Shown: positions 50,901-59,900 of the stretch, piece after piece
Position numbering within the stretch: position 1 is the first letter of the stretch
Layout: each line of letters opens with the position of its first letter
From: Heterodontus francisci
Taxonomy: Eukaryota
Reading direction: 5' to 3'
NCBI RefSeq assembly: GCF_036365525.1
Contig: NC_090399.1
Span: 49,632,430 to 49,696,429, forward strand
DNA length: 64,000 nt
Notes under the pieces: model-generated
Database searches by the model: none
The model's input: only the letters and a program-made list of their open reading frames with translations
Told to the model about the DNA's origin: nothing
Position numbers and translations under genes: made by a program

Positions 50901-53900
50901 GCACTGTTGAACTACAAGAAAGCTCCCAACGAGTTAACATCCGTAGCATTTAAAGTAGCCAGAAGCGCTGCACAAAGAACAGCCAGGCTCTGTGCAAATG
51001 ACCACTGGAAACATCTATGCAGTCGTATTCAGCTGGCTGTAGGAATGTATGATGGCATCAAGAGAGCTTTTGGGCCAACCATCAGGAAGATCGCCCCCCT
51101 CAAATCTAAATCAGGGGACACGATCACTGACCAACGCAAGCAAATGGACCGCTGCGTGGAGCACAACCTAGAACTGTACTCCAGGGAAAATGTTGTCACT
51201 GATTCTGCCCTCAATGTAGCCCAGTCTCTGCCAGTCATGGATGAGCTGGATGAACAGCCAACAAAATCGGAACTCAGTTATGCTATTGATCCTCCAGCCA
51301 GTGGAAAAGCCCCTGGAAAGGACGGCATTACCCCTGAAATAATCAAGAGTGCCAAGACTGCTATGAGGGAGCAATACCACAGGACATGCGCGATGCCAAT
51401 ATCATCACCCTCTATAAGAACAAGGGTGACCGCGGTGACTGCAACAACTACCATGGAATCTCTCTGCTCAGCATAGTGGGGAAAGTCTTCGTTCGAGTTA
51501 TTTTAAACAGACTCCAGAAGCTGGCTGAGTGTGTCTACCCTGAGGCACAGTGCGGCTTTCGAGGAGAGAGATCCACCACTGACATACTGTTCTCCCTTCG
51601 CCAGCTACAGGAGAAATGCCGCAAACAACAGATGCCCCTCTACGTTGCTTTCATAGATCTCACCAAAGCCTTTGACCTCGTCAGCAGACGTGGTCTCTTC
51701 AAGTTACTAGAAAAGATCGGATGTCCACTAAAGCTACTAAGTATTATCACCTCATTCCATGACAATATGAAAGGCACTATTTAGCATAGCGGTGCCTCAT
51801 CAGACCCCTTTCCTATCCTGAGTGGCGTGAAACAGGGCTGTGTTCTCACACCTTCACTGTTTGGGATCTTCTTCTCACTGCTGCCCTCACATGTGTTCAA
51901 GTCTTCAGAAGAAGGAATTTTCCTCCACACAAGATTAAATGGCGGGTTGTTCAACCTTGCCCGTCTTAGAGCAAAGACCAAAGTACAGAAGGTCCTCATC
52001 AGGGAACTCCTCTTTGCTGACGATGCTGCATTAACAACCCACACAGAAGAGTATCTGCAGAGACTCATTGACAGGATTGCGGCTGCCTGCAACGAATTTG
52101 GCCTAACCATCAGCCTCAAGAAAACTAACATCATGGGACAGGACGTCAGAAATGCTCCATCTATCAATATCAGCGACCACGCTCTGGAAGTGGTTCAAAA
52201 GTTCACCTACCTCGGCTCAACTATCACCAGTAACTTGTCTCTCGATGCAGAAATCAACAAGCGCATGGGAAAGGTGTCCGCTGCTATGTCCAGACTGACC
52301 AAGAGGGTGTGGGAAAATGGCACACTGACACGGAACACAAAAGTCCAAGTGTTTCAAGCCTGTGTCCTGCCACCTATGTCAGTCAAGAGCGATGTCTCAA
52401 CTCATTTCATCTTCGCTGCCTCCGGAGAATCCTTGGCATCAGGTGGCAGGACCGTATCTCCAACGCAGAAGTCCTCGAGGTGGCCAACATCCCCAGCATA
52501 TACTGAGCCAGAGGCGCTTGAGATGGCTTGGCCATGTGAGCCGCACGGAAGATGGCAGGATACCCAAGGACACATTGTACAGCGAGCTCGTCACTGGTAT
52601 CAGACCTACCGGACCTCCATGTCTCCGCTTTAAAGACGTCTGCAAACGCGACATGAAGTCCTGTGACATTGACCACAAGTCGTGGGAGTCAGTTGCCAGT
52701 GATTGCCAGAGCTGGCGGACAGCCATAAAGGCAGGGCTAAAGAGTGGCGAGTAGAAGAGACTTAGCAGTTGGCAGGAAAAAAGACAGAAACGCAAGGGGA
52801 GAGCCAACTGTGTAACAGCCCCAACAACCAATTTTATCTGCAGCGCCTGTGGAAAAGTCTGTCACTCTAGAATTGGCCTTTATAGCCACTCCAGGCGCTG
52901 TTTCACAAACCACTGACCACCTCCAGGCGCTTACCCATTGTCTCTTGAGACAAGGAGACCAAAGAAGAAGAAGTTTCCATGGATTTTCGCGAGGCTTTTG
53001 ACAAGGTCGCACATGGCAGACTGATCAGTAAATTAAAAAGGATTCAAGGGAAAGTGGCAAGTTAGATCCAAAATTTGCTCAGTGGCAGGAAGGAAAGGGT
53101 TATGGTGTTTTTGTGGCTTGAAGGCCGTTTCCAGTGGGTTTCTGCAGAGCTCAGTACTCGGTCCCTTTCTTTTTGTGGTATATATCTATGTTTTAAAAGG
53201 TTTTGGGTTCAAGTCTAACTCCAGGGCTTTTAGATTACATAGATTAGATTAGATTACAGATACAGCACTGAAACAGGCCCTTCGGCCCACCGAGTCTGTG
53301 CCGACCATCAACCACCCATTTATACTAATCCCACACTACCATATTCCTACCAAACATCCTCACCTGTCCCTATATTTCCCTACCACCTACCTATGCTAGT
53401 GACAATTTATAATGGCCAATTTACCTATCAACCTGCAAGTCTTTTGGCTTGTGGGAGGAAACCGGAGCACCCGGAGAAAACCCACGCAGACACAGGGAGA
53501 ACTTGCAAACTCCACACAGGCAGTACCCAGAATCGAACCCGGGTCCCTGGAGCTGTGAGGCTGCAGTGCTAACCACTGTGCCACTGTGCCGCCCAACTCA
53601 AAAATTGAGGCTGACACTTCAGTGCAATACTGAGGGAGTACTGCACTGTCAGAGGTGCTGTCTTTTGGATGAGATATTAAACCGATGCCCCATCTGCCTG
53701 CTTGGTTGGATGTAAAAGATCCTGTGGCACTATTTCGAAGCGGAGCAGGGGAGTTATCCCTGGTGTCCAAGCCAATAATTATCTCATTGCTCTTTGCGGG
53801 TGTTTGCTGTGTGCAAATTGGCTGCTGTTTTCCCTCCATTACCTCATTGGCTGGAAAGCACTTTGAGACATCAGGTGGTCATGAAAAACATGATTTAAAT

Positions 53901-56900
53901 GCAAGTCTTCCTTTCTTTCTTCATTATTTAGACTTTAATGTTAAGGGGGCATGGTTAGGAAATCCTCTGTTCTAAAGAAAGTACAGTACTGTAGCTGTGG
54001 TCTATCTGATGTTTTATATGGTTCCAGCGTAACTTCCCTGCTCTTATACTCTAGGCCTCGGCCAAATGTATGATTTAGACTTAAGTGTAGGGTTAAGAAA
54101 TTTGCAGATGATATGAAATTTGGTCATGTGGTTGGTAGTGAGGAAGAAAGCTATCGACTGCAAGAAGATATCAGTGGGCTGGTCAGGTGGGCAGAAAGTT
54201 GGTAAATGGAATTCCAGTGACCTTGGGGCCCCTTTGTTCCTCCAGAGTTTTCAGAATCCTATCATTTATTGTGCATTCTCTTGCCTTGTTTGTCCTCCCC
54301 AGATGCATTACCTTTCACTTCTCCGGATTGAATTCCATTTGCCACTGTTCTGCCCACCTGACCAGCCCACTGATATCTTCTTGCAGTCGATAGCTTTCTT
54401 CCTCACTGCCAACCACATGAACAAATTTCATATCATCTGCAAATTTCTTAACCCTACACTTAAGTCTAAATCATACATTTGGCCGAGGCCTAGAGTATAA
54501 GAGCAGGGAAGTTATGCTAGAACCATATAAAACATCAGATAGACCACAGCTACAGTACTGTACTTTCTTTAAAACAGAGGAGGCTGAGGGAAGACTTAAT
54601 TGAGGTGTCTTAAATTGAGGGGCCATCCAGGACTGAAATCTGTAATAAAAACAGAAAATGCTGGAAATACTCAGCAGGTCTGGCAGCATCTGTGGAGGGA
54701 GAAATAAAGTTAACGTTTCACTTCGATGACCTTGCATCAGAATTGGGAAAAGTTATAAATGTCATAGGTTTTGAGCAAGTGAAAGGGGGCAGGCAGTAAA
54801 AAAGAACAAAAGGGAAGGTCTGTGATCGGGTAGAAGGTAGGAGAGATTAAATGGCATAAGGGTTGAGAGTGAAAGGCCAAAGGACTGGTAATGGGACAAG
54901 GAAAGGAACAATGTCTAGAGGAAGGTGAATAGCTGAATCATGAACAGCTGCTGTCCGATAGCAAAAAGAGAAAAACAAGAGAGAAAAAGCTTAAGCAGAA
55001 AAGAGAAAGGAAACAAAAAGGGGGCAGAGGTTACGATCTGAAATTGTTGAACTCAATGTTAAGTCCAGAAGGCTGTAAAGTGTCCAGTCAAAAGATGAGG
55101 TGCTGTTCCTCGAGCTTACATTGAGCTTCATTGGAACACTGCAGGAGGCTGAGAACAGAGAGATCAGAGTGGGAGCAAAGTTGGAGAATTAAAATGTTGG
55201 GTGACCGAAAGCTCAGGGTCACACTCGCAGACTGAACGAAGGTGTTCCGCAAAGTGGCCACCCATTCTGCGTTTGGTCTCTCTAATGTAGAGGAGACCAC
55301 ATCGTGAGCAGCAAATACAGTATACTAAGTTGAAAGAAGTACAAATTTGGAAGCCGTTTTCCACATAAAGGGTCACACTAATCCGAATTCTCCCGCTCCA
55401 AAAGTCTGTGAATGTCGAGGGATGGTTGGAACTTTCAAGACTGAGATCGAAAGGTTGTTGTTGTCTAAGGGCACCAAGGGCCAGGGAGCAAAGTCAGGTC
55501 AATGGGGTTCAAGTGCAGATCAGCCATGATGTATGCGAATGGTGAAAGAGCTGAAAGAACATAAGAAATAGGAGCAGAAGTAGACAATATGGCCCCTCAA
55601 ACCTGCTCCACCATTCAATACGATCGTGACTGATCCTCAGCCTCAATTCCACTTTGCCACTCCTTTCCAAAGAGTCACAACCCTCTGCGTGAAGACATTT
55701 CTCCTCATCTCAGTCCTAAATGATAGACCCCTTATCCTTAGACTATGCCCCATGTTCTAGATTCCCCAGCCAAGGGAAACAACCTCTCAGTCTCTACTCT
55801 GAGATCACCGCTCATTCTCCTAAATTCCACAGAATATAGGCCCACCCATCGCATCCCAGAATGAATGTACTGAATCTCGTAATTCCTAAGCAATTGTGTT
55901 CCGCTGAGATTCAATTCATGCTTTGCTCTGCTGAAATTTAAACTTATCAATAGGTTACATAGTACTTACAGCCAAAAAACAGGCCACTTGGCCCGTGGGT
56001 TAGATACCAGGGGGTCCAACAGGTTGCCAGGATGTGCAGTGAGTGTGGATTGACTGGGAGTGTTGGAAAGGGAGCTGGACCATATTTCATATTATAGAGG
56101 ATGTGTGGGATAACAGTGATATCAACCATTGTGGTCTCCTACACCTGCTACAATTCCTTCCAGGGATCGCAAAGGAAGTTCCCACACATTTTGTTATCCT
56201 TAGTTGTCTGATGTTTAGTTTATATATTTTGCCTCACCAAGGAGATTGCACGATTCTGGGAGGACAGGAAGCTGGGGGTTGAATGATGCTGAGGTGGTAT
56301 ATCGGCCTGGCAATACTGAGACAGCACTGCACTGTCAAAGGGGCAGTACTGAGGGAGTGCTGCTCTGTCGGAGGGACAGTACCAAGCAAGTGCTGCACTG
56401 TCGGAGGGTCAGTACTGAGGGAGTGCTGCACTGTCGGAGGGGCAATACCGAGCAAGTGCTGCGCTGTCGGAGGGTCAGTACTGAGGGAGTGCTGCACTGT
56501 CAGAGGGCAAAAACCGAGCAAGTGCTGCACTGTCGGACCGTCAGTACTGAGGGAGTGCTGCACTGTCGGAGGGACAATACCAAGCAAGTGCTGCACTGTA
56601 GGAGGGGCAATACCGAGCAAGTGCTGCGCTGTCGGAGGGTCATTACTGAGGGAGTGCTGCACTGTCGGAGGGTCAGTACTGAGGGAGTGCTGCACTGTCA
56701 GAGGCTCAGTACTGAGAGAGTGCTGCACTGTCGGACCGTCAGTACTGAGGGAGTGCTGCACTGTCAGAGGGTCAGGACTGAGGGAGTGCTGCACTGCCAG
56801 AGGGTTTGGACTGATGAAGTACTGCACTGTCGGAGGGTCAGTACTGAGGGAGTGCTGCACTGTCGGAGGGGCAATACCGAGCAAGTGCTGCACTGTCAGA

Positions 56901-59900
56901 CCGTCAGTACTGAGGGAGTGCTGCACTGTCGGAGGGACAATACCAAGCAAGTGCTGCACTGTCGGAGGGGCAATACCGAGCAAGTGCTGCACTGTCGGAG
57001 AGTCGGTACTGAGGGAGTGCTGCACTATTGAAGGTTCAGTACCGAGGGAGCACTGCATTGTAAGAGGGGCAGAAATGAGGGAGTGCTGCACTGTCAGAGG
57101 GTCAGTATCGATGAAGAACTGCGCTGTCAGAGGGGCAATACTGCAGGAGTGCGCAGTGTCGGAGGAGCAGTACCAAGGAAGGATTGCACTGTCAGAGGAC
57201 ATAACTGCGGGAGTGCTGCAGTGTTGGAGGAGCAGTACGGATTGAGTGCTGCACTATCAAAGGTTCAGTACCGAGGGAGCACTGCACTGTAAGAGGGGCA
57301 GTACTGAGGGAGTGCTACATTGTCAGAAATGCCATCTTTCAGATGAGATATTAAATCAACATCCCATCTATTTGTTATGTTTAACATAAATAAAACCAAC
57401 CAGGGATTTTCCCAAAATAGGAGATAAACAAATTATCCATCCGATTGTTCTTTGCTTTGCATCAAATGGCTGCCATGCTAAAATTAGGACCAGCTAATCC
57501 CAAGTCAGTTATTGGGTGTAAAGTGGCTCAGGATGTTTCTACAGCCTTGTATCGATAGAGATCCTTTCCTATAGTCACAGGGTCACCGCACCGTTTCTGT
57601 GAGGACACTTACTTGAAGCACCATGGCGCTGTCTGTAAAATATCTCAGCATTTCCTTTGACAATACCATGGAAGCCCGCTATCGTGATAGCCATCGCATC
57701 CCAGTGCTTCTTCTGGAAGGAATCAGCCATCCAGCTCTGTCTGGGCACAGTCCGCTGCAGGGTGCTATCGAAATATACTATCTGATAGTCATCCAGCATT
57801 GCCACCAAACTGTACTCGGGCAGCTCGGCCTGGCCAAGGTTCAATAGGTAGTAAAATGCGAGGATATGAAAATCTGCAGGATAACAAACAAGAACCAGCC
57901 TCAAAAAGGCTATCGACTGTAAAGTAACTCATAGTGGGAATGGCACCGGTTAACGAAAAATCAGTTTAGTACATAAGAAATACAAGTAGGAGTCGGCCAT
58001 ACGTCCCCTCTAGTCTGCTCTGCAATTTAATAAGACCATGGCTGAATTTCTATCTCAACTACACTTTCCCACCCACTCGTCACATTCCTTGACTCCCTTA
58101 CTGCCCAAGAATCTATCTCGCTCAATCCTGAATATACTCACTGACTGAGCATTCACAGCTCTCTGGGGTAGAGAATTCCAAAGATCATAATTGGAATATT
58201 GTGTCCAGTTTTGGATACCATATGTTGAGAAGGATGTCATGGTTGTGGAAGAGATTTGCCTGGGTGATTCCGGGTGTGAGAGGCTTGAGTTAAGAGGACA
58301 GACCACAGGAAGAGAAAAGATCGAGCGATCTGATCGAGATGTCTAAACTATTGGGGGTTGGCAAAGAGAATCAACACTCCTCATTGTTCGGTAAGTTAGT
58401 AATGCGGGGGTGGGGAAGAAGAGCATTGGAAAATTCATCACCTGTTTCTCCCCCCACAGTGGCATTGTCCGATTTGCCAATTTATTCTAATTAACAAGAC
58501 AGTAAGTAGGTTTGCCACTGGCAAATTTTCTACATAATCAAACACAAAGAGTTCACTTTGGCCTTGACTCACTCAGAGACTGTAATAAATGGACAGTGTT
58601 TGCTCAGAAATAAAAGCTCATTCTTGGACCTGAGCAGCAGATTGGATAGTGCCAAAGTCCATTGTGTTTCTGTGAGGTGAAAGTGCAACCAGAGGGCAGG
58701 GTTACAATCTACACCTACTTCAGTGTCACCCTGCAGAAGTAGCAGGAGGTTCGGAAAGAATTTACATTTATACAGTGCCTCTCACAACCTCAGAATGTCC
58801 CAAAGCACGACACAGCCAATGGAGTAATTCTGAAGTGTAGTCACTATTGCAATGTAGGAAACATCACTCATTATGTGAAGTGCTTCATTACTGGAGCAAA
58901 AAAACTATTTTCTCTGGTGGTGAGGGTGGCTTCGCATAACGTGAAAATCAAAGCTAAGCCACTCCAGGGTTTGTCAGGAAGGACTTCTTCGGCAACACAG
59001 GCATCTACCCTGCAATGTCGGAAACTGCCCAGGTTTGTCCAGTCGGCAAAAAGTAGGCCAAGTCCAATCTGGCCACTTACCACCCCATCAATCCACTCTC
59101 AGTCAACACCACAGTGTCATCGGCAGTGCTGTCCAGTGGCACTTACTCAGCATTAACCTGTTCACTGATGCTCAGCTTGGATTCCACCGGGGCCACTCGG
59201 CTGCAGACCTAAATTCCAGAGGTGAAATGAGAGTGACTGCACTTCATATCAAGGCAGCATTTGGCATCAAGGAGCCCTAGCATAACTGACATCAAAGGAA
59301 ATCAGGGGGAGAGCTCTCCGCTGGTGTCGAGGAAGCCTTGGTGCATAGCTGCAGTGCATCTTGTAGATGGTACACACTGCTGCCACTGTGTGTTGGTGCC
59401 AATCAAGCGGGCTGCTTTTTCCTGGATGGTGTTGATCTTCTTGAGTGTTGTTGGAGCTGCACCTATCCAGGCAGGTGGAGAGTATTCTATCACACTCCTG
59501 ACTTGTGCTTGGTAGATGGCGGACAGGCTTTGGGGAGTCAGGAGGATTCCGAGCCTCTGACCTGCTCTTGTAGCCACGTTATTTATATGGCTACTCCAGT
59601 TCAGTTCCTGACTTGTGCCTTATAGATGGCGGACAAGCATTGGAGAATCAATAGGAGAGTTACTCTTTGCAGAATTCCCAACCTCTGACCTGCTGTTGTA
59701 GCAACACTGTTTATACGGCTGGTCCAGTTCAGTTTCTAATCAATGGTATCCCAGGATGTTGATGGTAGTGGATTCAGCAATGTCAATGCTGTCAAGGGGA
59801 GATAATTAGATTCTCTCTTGTTGGATATGGACCTTGCCTGGCACTTGTGTAGCGCGAATGTTAATTTCTACTTATCAGCCCATATTGCTAGATATGGACA

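Larger units (their letters stand above)
50130..54625 (+). mobile_element. Fragmented CR1 LINE split by RTE, Deu-SINE and HE1 insertions and an inversion
   Basis: CR1 RT sequence at 50130-50865 resumes at 52972-53190 and 53925-54625. Confidence 0.75.

Noticed and set aside
56234-57245. Three long overlapping ORFs (261-322 aa) with 11 aa repeats, one Cys-rich
   Set aside because: By-product of a 33 bp SINE-derived minisatellite that is open in several frames; intronic and lacks gene structure.
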